Shown piece after piece: positions 9,556 through 17,723 of a stretch of 64,000 nt of DNA. The stretch lies in IMG/VR virus record IMGVR_UViG_3300025108_004281, positions 1 through 64,000 of that record; one strand, written 5' to 3'. Position 1 is the first letter of the stretch. Each line of letters begins with the position of its first letter. Below the pieces are notes generated by a model, which searched no databases, had not been told where the DNA came from, and saw only the letters and a program-made list of their open reading frames with translations. The stretch comes from a virus. Both the position numbers and the translations under genes were made by a program.

Positions 9556-10326
9556 TTAAGTGAACGATAAAAAGGTCTCAATTCCTAGTTGATTGTAGTT
9601 ATTAAAGGTCATTTTGGCACCACTAAGTGTTCCGCCTTTGCCACTACCTGTATCTAGGAAAACTACTCTTTCTTCTTTTTTTGTCCAATACACTAAAGGC
9701 ATTTTTAAGTTGTCTTCAAAGTTAGGCTCACTTTGTAATGGTGATCTATCGTGTCCAACAAATACTATTTTACCCTTAGGTATTGCTTCTGCCCAGTCGT
9801 AAACTCTATGAGCATACATTTGACCGTTGTATTCAACCTGCTTTGAGTTATCAACTTGACCGTATAAGAATACACTTTCCATAGACTTCTTGGTTATCTT
9901 TTTTGTTTCCCAAAACTCAGGGTGTACACCACCGTGTGTAAAGAAAAAGTCTTTGTAAGTAGCATAAAGCGGTTGCTGAGATGCAACTTCTAATACTAAA
10001 TCTTTAAAAAGATCTATACCAAAGTCTACTCTTGCAAGAGTATCTCTTTGAGGTTTGCCTAATTTAACGTCATTGCCTTTTGCCCAACGATAAAGTTTGT
10101 TATCGTGATTACCTTGTATAATAGTACCGTGTCCAGCATCAAGTATTTCTTTTGCTAGTAACATGGTTTCTAAAGGCTTTGGACCGTAATCTAATATATC
10201 ACCTAATTGCAAGTAATATAAATTGTGTTTACGAGCATATGAATATGAAGTAGCAAAGTCAGAGAATACTGAGTGAACATCGCCCACTACTAGTAAACCT
10301 TTGTAACCTTCTAAATTAAGTTCCAT
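9556..10326 (-). CDS. Calcineurin-like metallophosphoesterase (PPP/ApaH/Pnkp-type)
   Basis: GDVH, GDILDYGP, GNHD, THGG, VGH, LDTG motifs. Confidence 0.85.
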   Translation of the reverse strand: MELNLEGYKGLLVVGDVHSVFSDFATSYSYARKHNLYYLQLGDILDYGPKPLETMLLAKEILDAGHGTIIQGNHDNKLYRWAKGNDVKLGKPQRDTLARVDFGIDLFKDLVLEVASQQPLYATYKDFFFTHGGVHPEFWETKKITKKSMESVFLYGQVDNSKQVEYNGQMYAHRVYDWAEAIPKGKIVFVGHDRSPLQSEPNFEDNLKMPLVYWTKKEERVVFLDTGSGKGGTLSGAKMTFNNYNQLGIETFLSFT

Positions 10327-10328
10327 AA

Positions 10329-10385
10329 CTCCTACTCAACTACTTAATATACTATAATTATACTAAAAATAAGGGGTAAAGTCAA
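10329..10385 (-). promoter_or_regulatory. Early promoter TTGACT-17-TATAAT with GTAGGAG leader
   Basis: -35 10380-10385, -10 10357-10362, GTAGGAG 10329-10335, only 2 nt from ATG. Confidence 0.8.
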
Positions 10386-10388
10386 CTG

Positions 10389-11462
10389 CTATTTCCAGTA
10401 ACTTTCTAGTTTGCCTTCTCTAACTAAGTCCTGGCTCACACAATGTGGACCACCTGCTAGTGTTCTCATATGACGCATTTGAACTGGCACTGGTGTTACA
10501 CCGTGTTTTTCCATTGCCTTCATTAAGTGTATCTCATCACTTGGTACTAATACATGCTGTGGGTCTATGCTGAGTACATTCATACCTATCCAACTACTTG
10601 CTGGAGCATAATCTTCTAAACATGGTTGCCCTACACACATATCTTCGTCATACCAAATAATATCCCAACCTTTGTATATTGCTGGCACCTTGTCTGCATC
10701 AACCCTACTGGCATTTAGAATAACTAGTCCAGGTCTTAGTGGCATAATGGTACTGTCAACATGAGCCCAACTGTATAAGTCATGCATCATGTGTACACGA
10801 AATTCGGGGCCTAGAGCGTTCTGTAACCACCTAGCACCCATTTCATTGCCTGTATTGGATATAAGGTACAGTATATCATAACCCATGCGTATGAGGTTAG
10901 CAGGGTCTAATATAGGCTCATTGTTGTTTACACTTGGGTCTCTGCCTGGCTGTATTTTAAATAAATCATCTTGTAAACGTGGCTTAGGCATCTGTAACCA
11001 ATTGGCACCACCCATCATCTTCTCTTGAAAGAGGTCTCTGAATAGAAAAGTTTCATGGTACCTTGCTCTCAAACTCATAGCACCTTCTATGATTTTGTCA
11101 CCTATCACAGTAACACTATCACGTGGACAGTATGCTTCATATTGGTCTGTGTCCCATAAGCCGTTGCTAACGTTCGCTGTAAAGTCTATAGCATTTAGGT
11201 TAGGCCTATGTACCTTTACACCGAAATCGTTGCTTAGAACGTTACACAATGCGTCTAAGTCCTCTTCTGCTTCGGTATATACATGCTCTGGGTATCTACC
11301 CTTAGGCATTTGTGCATACTGTTCAGCACTTAGGTTGGCATAGTTGGTTGCGTGGTGCGAAAGGTCTCCGTGTGGAATGTTGGCGTCTACGGCCGTTCCT
11401 ATTATTACTTCTTTGAGAGTGTCCCATTCATTACAGGACCATAGATTTTTATTCTGCGTCAT
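10389..11462 (-). CDS. L-arginine-dependent amidinotransferase (glycine/inosamine-phosphate amidinotransferase family)
   Basis: NEWDTLKEVIIG, CPRD, EPILDPAN, HVDST, LAGGPHC (Asp-His-Cys triad). Confidence 0.85.
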   Translation of the reverse strand: MTQNKNLWSCNEWDTLKEVIIGTAVDANIPHGDLSHHATNYANLSAEQYAQMPKGRYPEHVYTEAEEDLDALCNVLSNDFGVKVHRPNLNAIDFTANVSNGLWDTDQYEAYCPRDSVTVIGDKIIEGAMSLRARYHETFLFRDLFQEKMMGGANWLQMPKPRLQDDLFKIQPGRDPSVNNNEPILDPANLIRMGYDILYLISNTGNEMGARWLQNALGPEFRVHMMHDLYSWAHVDSTIMPLRPGLVILNASRVDADKVPAIYKGWDIIWYDEDMCVGQPCLEDYAPASSWIGMNVLSIDPQHVLVPSDEIHLMKAMEKHGVTPVPVQMRHMRTLAGGPHCVSQDLVREGKLESYWK

Positions 11463-11784
11463 GTGTAGTATTTACTACAACTGACTCAATACTGCCTATA
11501 TTATCTGGTTTTTTACTAGGTGCTCTTGCTAACTCTATGAATGTGAGCATGTCGCCTGTATGCTCAAAGTAAATTCTCCATATGTTATCACTACCAAGTG
11601 TAGACATATGAAGTAGACCTTGCCCGTGCTCATCGAAGTGCGACACTAAATCAAATATAGTGTCGTCTTCCATTGTATTAGAATAAATGCAAATTTTGTT
11701 TTTCATTAGGTTCTCATAGGTTAGAGTACCTTTTAAACCTTCTAGTTCACCTACACCTAATTTTTTACTTACGTGAATCTTCAT
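11449..11784 (-). CDS. Hypothetical protein
   Basis: ORF track, coupled overlaps on both sides. Confidence 0.55.
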   Translation of the reverse strand: MKIHVSKKLGVGELEGLKGTLTYENLMKNKICIYSNTMEDDTIFDLVSHFDEHGQGLLHMSTLGSDNIWRIYFEHTGDMLTFIELARAPSKKPDNIGSIESVVVNTTHDAE

Positions 11785-13007
11785 GCTTTATACTTCACTG
11801 ATACGCCATATGGTGCTTCTGGAGTTCTACCACCGTAGCCAGAGCCATGAATAATAAACAATGTATCACAGTAGTCTTCATCACCCCAACTACCCCATGG
11901 GTAACCATCTGTGAATACAATTAACTTCTGCGGAACAATGTCTTCTTCTTTGAGTCGATCAAACATACAATCAAACTCAGTACCACCACCGCCTTCAATT
12001 TCAATGTCATAAATGTCATCAACGTTAGTTGAATCAAACTCATGAATTGTGTATGTAGATGTATCAAAGAAACAAAGTCTAAGTTTAAAGTTAGTGTATT
12101 GCTCCATGCAACCTTTTACTTCGCTTAGAAGGTCTCTTAGCATTTCATCTGACATAGAACCGGAACTATCAATAAAGCAGAACACATCTAAGTCTGTGTC
12201 GTAGTCCATACCTGGTAAGTATACTCTTTCAGCAATACCTTTTCTAGCAGGTCTCATAAATGTAAAATCATTCTTTACAACACTTTGAATATTAGTTGCA
12301 AGTAACTCTCTCCAGTCTAACTCAGGGTTAGTAAGATCTTTAATCATCTTCCTAACACCATTAGGAAGATCTTTATTACCAGCACCTTTGGCCGCATTCA
12401 TTACTGCTTCTTTAACTTCGTCGTTGATCTGCTGTCTTTCTTCCTTAGAATATGCTGGTGGGCCATCTTGCTTATCACCACCATCTACATTACCTTGTGC
12501 ACCTTGACCATCGCCATCTTCCTCGCTATAGTCCAAATGCATATCAAGTGTTTCTTGGGTAACATGCTCAGCATTTTCATACAAGTCATCATAGATCTCA
12601 TCTGAAATCCAGTTCTGATATTTGTAATCAAAACAAATATTAACTTTGGTAATTCTCTTACCAATGTTGTTTTCTACTAAGTCCATATTCACAACATAGT
12701 CATTTGCTATGTTCCAAAGACGAGGATCTCTGTTACCACGTCTGTCCATATGGTCATAAACATTATGTAGAACTTCGTGGCCCATCAAAAAGATCAGTTC
12801 GTCATCATCTAACGAATTGATAAACTCAGTATTATAAAAAAAGTATCTGCCATCTGTTGCGGCAGTTGGGCACCAACTTGATGCTTCTTGTAATTGTAAC
12901 CTAGTTGCTAAGTTACCAAAGAAACCATTCTTAAGAAGCAGTTGCACTCTAGCAGTAATTAATCTGTCCTTTACTGCTTGATCTGTATTTTGTGCTAAAT
13001 TGTTCAT
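11781..13007 (-). CDS. DUF2201-type metallopeptidase + VWA domain protein
   Basis: TAATDG, HEVLH zinc motif, WNIANDY, MIDAS DSSGS, GGGGTEF, VFTDG. Confidence 0.85.
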   Translation of the reverse strand: MNNLAQNTDQAVKDRLITARVQLLLKNGFFGNLATRLQLQEASSWCPTAATDGRYFFYNTEFINSLDDDELIFLMGHEVLHNVYDHMDRRGNRDPRLWNIANDYVVNMDLVENNIGKRITKVNICFDYKYQNWISDEIYDDLYENAEHVTQETLDMHLDYSEEDGDGQGAQGNVDGGDKQDGPPAYSKEERQQINDEVKEAVMNAAKGAGNKDLPNGVRKMIKDLTNPELDWRELLATNIQSVVKNDFTFMRPARKGIAERVYLPGMDYDTDLDVFCFIDSSGSMSDEMLRDLLSEVKGCMEQYTNFKLRLCFFDTSTYTIHEFDSTNVDDIYDIEIEGGGGTEFDCMFDRLKEEDIVPQKLIVFTDGYPWGSWGDEDYCDTLFIIHGSGYGGRTPEAPYGVSVKYKA

Positions 13008-13015
13008 TGTGTGTT

Positions 13016-13064
13016 CTCCTACAAACTATACTTATATTATACTAAAAATTACCTGGGAGGTCAA
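13016..13064 (-). promoter_or_regulatory. Early promoter TTGACC-17-TATAAT with GTAGGAG leader
   Basis: -35 13059-13064, -10 13036-13041, TTGTAGGAG 13016-13024. Confidence 0.85.
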
Positions 13065-13078
13065 CCTATTATTTGGAT

Positions 13079-13110
13079 AAAAAGGATGGGGGGACCTTGT
13101 AGATCCCCCC
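13079..13110 (-). terminator. Intrinsic terminator after AAA ATPase gene
   Basis: GGGGGGAUC-UACAA-GGUCCCCCC stem then AUCCUUUUU; G-U pair favours the minus strand. Confidence 0.75.
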
Positions 13111-13165
13111 TTAGTCTGTGCCGCTTAGTGTAGGTTGTAGGAGTAACTGGCGACACAGAGACTAA
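13111..13165 (-). ncRNA. Putative 3'-UTR stem-loop sRNA with anti-RBS loop
   Basis: UUAGUCU(CU)GUGUCGC / GCGGCACAGACUAA stem; loop CAGUUACUCCUACAACCUACACUAA is complementary to GTAGGAG leaders. Confidence 0.55.
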
Positions 13166-14245
13166 CTAGTCGATGTTCATGTATTTGCCGTATCGATCAA
13201 CCCACTCATCAATACGTTTTACGTCTGCAAAGTCAACATCAATGTCATACTCGCTCAATGCAATTTTACAGCCTAATACACACATCTCAGGTTCGAAGTT
13301 GTCCATTAAGAAGTTAATGAAGTTATTGAAAGCCTCTGTGAGTTCTTTCTCTTCACCATTGTCTTGAATGTTCTTCAACTCATAACTCATACCAACTGTA
13401 AGAGCATACTTAGAAGATATCTCAAGTTTCTTCAACTCCTTGACCTTACCTGAAAGGATTTCAGATGGCTTAGGAAGTTTAGAAGCATTCTTCTTATGGT
13501 TCATAAACTTGATTGCCATACCTTCACCAACCAAACCAGTTACAATGTCCATTTCCTCTTCATGAGTCATGTCACTGTCTTCTAGCATTTGGCTAACGAA
13601 TGCCCAAGACCTAGGAGTAGCAAAACTCCTGCTTGAACTCTTTGGATCAAAGTCAAAAAGGTCTTGTTTAGCAAAAGCCAAGTAACCAACAACATCTGGG
13701 TTGATGTCATTATCAACTGCCCAAGACTGCCAATCGTCATGATTAACTTCAACTTCTAAGTGAAGGAATCTGTTTGCTAAAGGACTTGGCATCCTGTAAG
13801 TAACACCTTTATCAGTGTCTCTATTACCAGCCGCCGCAATTACCACGTTATCTGGTAATACATATTGTCCAACCCTACGGTTAAGGATCAACTGGTAAGC
13901 AGTTGCCTGCACACTTGGAGGTGCAGAGTTAAGTTCGTCTAAGAACAAGAAGACAGTTTCATACTGACTAGCAAGTTCTTCTGATGGTAGTTCGGCAGGT
14001 GCCGCCCACATCATTTTGTTAGTGTCCTCATCTCTGTAAGGATACCCTTTGATATCTGTTGGGTCTAGCAAAGCCATTCTCAAATCAATTAAAAGGTTGT
14101 TACCTTCTTCAGCGATCTGAGCCAGTACGTCGGACTTACCAACTCCTGGAGGACCCCAAATGAATACAGGACGTTTTTTAGAGAAAGCACGTTTGATGTG
14201 GTTCTTTGCCCTGCTTAGTTTTACTGTTCGAATGTTATCTGACAT
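13166..14245 (-). CDS. MoxR-like AAA+ ATPase
   Basis: Walker A GPPGVGKS, Walker B LFLDE, AAGNR, PLANRF; adjacent to VWA gene. Confidence 0.9.
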   Translation of the reverse strand: MSDNIRTVKLSRAKNHIKRAFSKKRPVFIWGPPGVGKSDVLAQIAEEGNNLLIDLRMALLDPTDIKGYPYRDEDTNKMMWAAPAELPSEELASQYETVFLFLDELNSAPPSVQATAYQLILNRRVGQYVLPDNVVIAAAGNRDTDKGVTYRMPSPLANRFLHLEVEVNHDDWQSWAVDNDINPDVVGYLAFAKQDLFDFDPKSSSRSFATPRSWAFVSQMLEDSDMTHEEEMDIVTGLVGEGMAIKFMNHKKNASKLPKPSEILSGKVKELKKLEISSKYALTVGMSYELKNIQDNGEEKELTEAFNNFINFLMDNFEPEMCVLGCKIALSEYDIDVDFADVKRIDEWVDRYGKYMNID

Positions 14246-14249
14246 ATAA

Positions 14250-14309
14250 TTACTCCTACGAAATTATTTAATATGTATATATTATACTAAAAAACCTGAC
14301 CTAGGTCAA
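14250..14309 (-). promoter_or_regulatory. Early promoter TTGACC-17-TATAAT with GTAGGAGTAA leader
   Basis: -35 14304-14309, -10 14281-14286, motif 14250-14259. Confidence 0.85.
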
Positions 14310-14502
14310 CCTTTTCTTTCTTATTTTTTAAATTAAAAGTTAATTCAACCAAGTAGCCTAATGCTTGTAACTCATCTAACCTAAGGAAAACGTCACTATC
14401 AGAATAAGTTTTAGGGTCAGATATCCAATTATGTTTACCTGCCCTAGCACTAAATTTATCTAAGTAACGGATTTTATAATCCAAAGATTCGACGTATTCC
14501 AT
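14287..14502 (-). CDS. Hypothetical protein
   Basis: ORF track; TAATG coupling. Confidence 0.45.
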   Translation of the reverse strand: MEYVESLDYKIRYLDKFSARAGKHNWISDPKTYSDSDVFLRLDELQALGYLVELTFNLKNKKEKVDLGQVF

Positions 14503-14972
14503 TATGCTACTTGTTGAACTCCTGAAAGAACATCAGAAGTGATGTCCTTAAAACCCCAACTATCAACAATGTGATATGAATCATCAACTGAATCAAATAC
14601 AATGTCGCCAACTGAAAGAGAATGCATGTCACGATATGTAACAACCTCACCATCTTTCCTAGTGAACGTCTTCATTTTGAAACCACTTACGAATGTGTCG
14701 AACCACTGATCTAAACCAGTGTCGTCATCATAGTAGTAACCATTCAAAATTTTGAATACTTCTTCTAAGTTGCTGTCTTCAAAGTGAGCAACTTCACAAA
14801 CTTGGGTATAATGATTAAACATTTCTCCCTTGAAACCTTCAGCACCTCGCATCACTTCCATGTGTGCGTTATACTCAGGATATTTTTCAGCGGCACCTGT
14901 GTGTCCTCTGTCGTTAGAATTAACGAAATCTGTAACTTCGTCACTTAACTTGATTTGAAATACTTTGTACAT
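14502..14972 (-). CDS. YodL-like domain protein
   Basis: YKVFQI...LEEVF...MHSLSVGDIV...VDSWGF. Confidence 0.6.
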   Translation of the reverse strand: MYKVFQIKLSDEVTDFVNSNDRGHTGAAEKYPEYNAHMEVMRGAEGFKGEMFNHYTQVCEVAHFEDSNLEEVFKILNGYYYDDDTGLDQWFDTFVSGFKMKTFTRKDGEVVTYRDMHSLSVGDIVFDSVDDSYHIVDSWGFKDITSDVLSGVQQVA

Positions 14973-14977
14973 AAAAA

Positions 14978-15034
14978 CTCCTACCTTTTTACAAATTATG
15001 CATATATTATACTAAATTTTGGGGTACTGGTCAA
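14978..15034 (-). promoter_or_regulatory. Early promoter TTGACC-17-TATAAT with GTAGGAG leader
   Basis: -35 15029-15034, -10 15006-15011, GTAGGAG 14978-14984. Confidence 0.85.
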
Positions 15035-15072
15035 CCTATTTTCAGTAAAAATTGTATGATTTTCGTACAAAT

Positions 15073-15175
15073 GATAAATACTTTTGTAACATAATTGTAA
15101 CATAGAGTTTGGTATTCTGTAACAGAGCCCAATAGGGATGAAGTTACTGCAAACCTACTAGCAGTTATGTTAGAA
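15073..15175 (+). ncRNA. Putative structured leader RNA downstream of GATAAATA promoter
   Basis: Nested stems 15087-15098/15161-15172, 15107-15111/15150-15154, 15119-15123/15143-15147, CCC-AAUA-GGG. Confidence 0.45.
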
Positions 15176-15192
15176 TATCACAGGAGAATAAC

Positions 15193-15318
15193 ATGGCGAA
15201 GTCCTTAGGAATAGTAGCCAGTGCAACTCATCGTTTCGCATTGGTCACTTGGAAAAAATTAGATACACTGATGAAATCAGGTCGTATGGAAAACGTGCAA
15301 GATATAATTGCATCGTAG
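15193..15318 (+). CDS. Unannotated 41-aa protein
   Basis: CAGGAG RBS; MAKSLGIVASATHRFALVTWKKLDTLMKSGRMENVQDIIAS; followed by terminator. Confidence 0.65.
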   Translation: MAKSLGIVASATHRFALVTWKKLDTLMKSGRMENVQDIIAS

Positions 15319-15329
15319 ACACAACCACT

Positions 15330-15356
15330 AAAAAAGGGTCCTAGGACCCTTTTTTT
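15330..15356. terminator. Bidirectional intrinsic terminator
   Basis: Perfect palindrome aaaaaagggtc-ctag-gacccttttttt between convergent genes. Confidence 0.85.
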
Positions 15357-15373
15357 ATACAGTACCTAAATAC

Positions 15374-15586
15374 TTACTTTTCGTTAACGAATGCGTAAAG
15401 TTCTTTGGCTGTATTGATTACTTCCTCCGGAGAGATCCAGATAACCGGTGCTGATTTACCTTCTCTGTGATCTTCTGGGATACTGTAAAATGAATGTACT
15501 TCCTGGTCTCTGTTATTTTCTAACATGCCCATTGCCATTCCTAAGATATCGGTTCGTAGTTCGAACCCACTTTTTCCTTGTGACAT
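15374..15586 (-). CDS. Conserved phage hypothetical protein
   Basis: KSGFELRTDIL.MA...EEVI..AKELY.FV; AAGGAG RBS. Confidence 0.7.
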   Translation of the reverse strand: MSQGKSGFELRTDILGMAMGMLENNRDQEVHSFYSIPEDHREGKSAPVIWISPEEVINTAKELYAFVNEK

Positions 15587-15636
15587 AATTTTCTCCTTGT
15601 GTGTCAGTGTGTATGTACGTTAATGTACATTAATAT

Positions 15637-16059
15637 TTACTCAGAGAGATCGTCTTTGGTAGGATTTTTTGGTTTGCGGAGACCTTGTAACCATTTCTCC
15701 AAGTTCTGACCTTTCAGTTTAAGTATAACAGAATCCTTTTCGCTGAATAGCACTAACTTTTTATTGTCTACAAAGTAAGGCCATTGCATAGTTTGATCTA
15801 GTTTAACTACTGCTTTGTTTGATAATTTAAAGTTATCTAGTTTAAAATTATAGCAAGTAAAACTCTTTTCCATAAGTGTTAAACCGTACTTGGTGAGTCT
15901 AACTCCTATAACCTTGTTACCTCTAATCCTGTGATTTTTAAAAAACAAAGGCATAATGTCAAGTACAGAATACTGACTAATATCTAATTCTTGTTTGATT
16001 TTATCTACTATTTTATATTGTAAACTATTTTGAATTGCCATTTTTGACTTCATCTTCAC
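15637..16059 (-). CDS. Conserved large-phage hypothetical protein
   Basis: GVRLTKYG...LDQTMQWPYF; start may be 16041. Confidence 0.6.
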   Translation of the reverse strand: MKMKSKMAIQNSLQYKIVDKIKQELDISQYSVLDIMPLFFKNHRIRGNKVIGVRLTKYGLTLMEKSFTCYNFKLDNFKLSNKAVVKLDQTMQWPYFVDNKKLVLFSEKDSVILKLKGQNLEKWLQGLRKPKNPTKDDLSE

Positions 16060-16339
16060 TTACAACAGGCCCACTTTCTAATTTAACTACACAAAATTCT
16101 TCTGTGTTAAATTGTTTGTTTAGCCGCTCTGCTAAGTTAAATGCATGTCCAGGATTAGAAAAACTAGTTTTCTTATACTTTGGTCCAGGATAATCTAAGT
16201 AAGAATGCATAGTTCTTAGATTAATTGGCGAACCTTGAAAGAACACACTAAAAACGTTTCCAGCCGCTAGTACCTGCTCTGTTTTATAATTTGTAGTATC
16301 GTGATGCTCTAAAATTACTGTTGGTTTTGGTCTACTCAT
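16025..16339 (-). CDS. Conserved large-phage hypothetical protein
   Basis: MSRPKP...GPKYKKTSFSNPGHAFNLAERLN; GATAAATA at 16358-16365. Confidence 0.7.
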   Translation of the reverse strand: MSRPKPTVILEHHDTTNYKTEQVLAAGNVFSVFFQGSPINLRTMHSYLDYPGPKYKKTSFSNPGHAFNLAERLNKQFNTEEFCVVKLESGPVVSEDEVKNGNSK

Positions 16340-16387
16340 GTATGTCTCCTGTACTTTTATTTATCTAAAATACAGTTAAAACATACT

Positions 16388-16618
16388 TTAATTAATTAGT
16401 TTTGACCTAAGAAGATGTTGAAAACCTCCTATTCTTTCTCCATCTACGAATATTTGTGGTACAGTATTAACGTTATCTCCGCAACTTTCGTAGAATTGTG
16501 TGCGTTTATCGTCATCATCTAATACTGTTTCTGTGAATTCATATCCATTAAGATCTAACACTTGTTTTGCCATAGTGCTATAAGGACATGTAGTTTTTGT
16601 ATATATTTCAATTTTCAT
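16388..16618 (-). CDS. grx: Glutaredoxin (monothiol CPYS)
   Basis: CPYS, TVPQIF, IGG. Confidence 0.9.
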   Translation of the reverse strand: MKIEIYTKTTCPYSTMAKQVLDLNGYEFTETVLDDDDKRTQFYESCGDNVNTVPQIFVDGERIGGFQHLLRSKLIN

Positions 16619-16904
16619 TTTGCTTTAACATATACCAAGTAAATTTAGCATGGTCTTCTTTTGTTTTAAAACTTACAAATGCCCTATCGTCTTTGTGTGG
16701 TTCGGTAATATAAGGCTCAGTTCTTTTAAACCACCAACCAAATCCATTTGTTATATTATCTTCGCACCATTTTAAGTAATGATGATTAATACCATAACTA
16801 GGCATTTTGTAATTGTATTTATATTTGGCGTTGTATGTACCTTTGTTAAAACTCACGAAACCATGTTGCCTTGTTAAAAAACTAGAACTTGCCGCCATCG
16901 GCAT
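16608..16904 (-). CDS. Hypothetical protein (true start probably downstream, ~16856 GTG)
   Basis: WCEDN...GWWF motif; overlaps upstream small ORF. Confidence 0.45.
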   Translation of the reverse strand: MPMAASSSFLTRQHGFVSFNKGTYNAKYKYNYKMPSYGINHHYLKWCEDNITNGFGWWFKRTEPYITEPHKDDRAFVSFKTKEDHAKFTWYMLKQNEN

Positions 16905-17052
16905 TCAACGTTAGGCTTTTCTTTGGTTTTATCTCATCGACTTTTGATACGTCTTGTAATGCTTCAAGTAAATCGTTAATGTCCAATGTTACTTCAGAAC
17001 TTCCGATAGACTTATAGTATTTAAGATTCTCAATCAGAGTTTTTAATTTCAT
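16882..17052 (-). CDS. Small protein, 56 aa, C-terminal DGGKF
   Basis: Manual: MKLKTLIENLKYYKSIGSSEVTLDINDLLEALQDVSKVDEIKPKKSLTLNADGGKF; fills gap. Confidence 0.55.
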   Translation of the reverse strand: MKLKTLIENLKYYKSIGSSEVTLDINDLLEALQDVSKVDEIKPKKSLTLNADGGKF

Positions 17053-17554
17053 TTCTTTTGATCTTATTAAGTTCTTTAAGTCTGAATCTTAATTCATCCT
17101 TGGTTTTAAAAGGGCCTTCGTAGCCATATTGGAATAGTGTACTTGCTTTAGGACAGTAACCATGTTTCCAACCTTTCTCAAAGTTAATAGCATACCAACC
17201 TGCCGCATACAATACATCGCTGTTTGCAGTTTTACTGAATAGTGGTACATCTTTTGTGTACTCAGGGTGGTCAGGTGTAATAAGTTCAGGTGATGGAAAA
17301 GGTATTTCAAATCCTGCAATAAACATTTTATCTGGTTGTATTGCACTTTCAACAGTTTGTTGCTGGAATACTCTAGCACCAAAGTACTTTTCTACTGCTC
17401 GATCGCTTTTAAATTTTTCCTTAATATCACTTGCCAAGTATTCATAATCACCTTGGACATTTTGATATAAGACACCTACGTTCCCACGATGTTGATCTAT
17501 TACTAGCCAACTTGCATCATCAACCTTCTTAATTGTTGCTTTTTTACTCATCAT
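17030..17554 (-). CDS. Conserved large-phage hypothetical protein
   Basis: PLFSKT..S..LYAAGWY.I...W...CPK...L..Y.YEGPFKT. Confidence 0.7.
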   Translation of the reverse strand: MMSKKATIKKVDDASWLVIDQHRGNVGVLYQNVQGDYEYLASDIKEKFKSDRAVEKYFGARVFQQQTVESAIQPDKMFIAGFEIPFPSPELITPDHPEYTKDVPLFSKTANSDVLYAAGWYAINFEKGWKHGYCPKASTLFQYGYEGPFKTKDELRFRLKELNKIKRNEIKNSD

Positions 17555-17723
17555 TATTCTCCTTAATCAACTCTCGTTGTCTTGTTATTTGTCCTGTTCT
17601 TTTATTTGTTGTTGATGTACATTGAAATACTGTTTTACCTTTATCAGGTGATTCAAATGTAACCAACGTTTCCTCTGGACCATACTTAATGGCATCCCAT
17701 ATTTTTCTTATTGTTTCTGACAT
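17544..17723 (-). CDS. Small protein, 59 aa
   Basis: Manual: MSETIRKIW...FESPDKGKTVF...; fills gap. Confidence 0.55.
   Translation of the reverse strand: MSETIRKIWDAIKYGPEETLVTFESPDKGKTVFQCTSTTNKRTGQITRQRELIKENNDE

Noticed and set aside
13111-13165. Plus-strand reading as a CsrA/RsmA sponge (GGA in loop) or an RBS for a plus-strand gene
   Set aside because: The stems have A-C mismatches on plus (G-U on minus), the terminator U-tract is on minus, and no start codon follows at SD distance.
6105-15034. Recurring intergenic repeats as a CRISPR-like array
   Set aside because: Copies are separated by whole genes and match -35/-10/RBS elements; there are no regular spacers.
15040-15190. tRNA gene in the largest intergenic gaps
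   Set aside because: No cloverleaf, T-loop GTTCRA or acceptor stem is visible here or in the other gaps.
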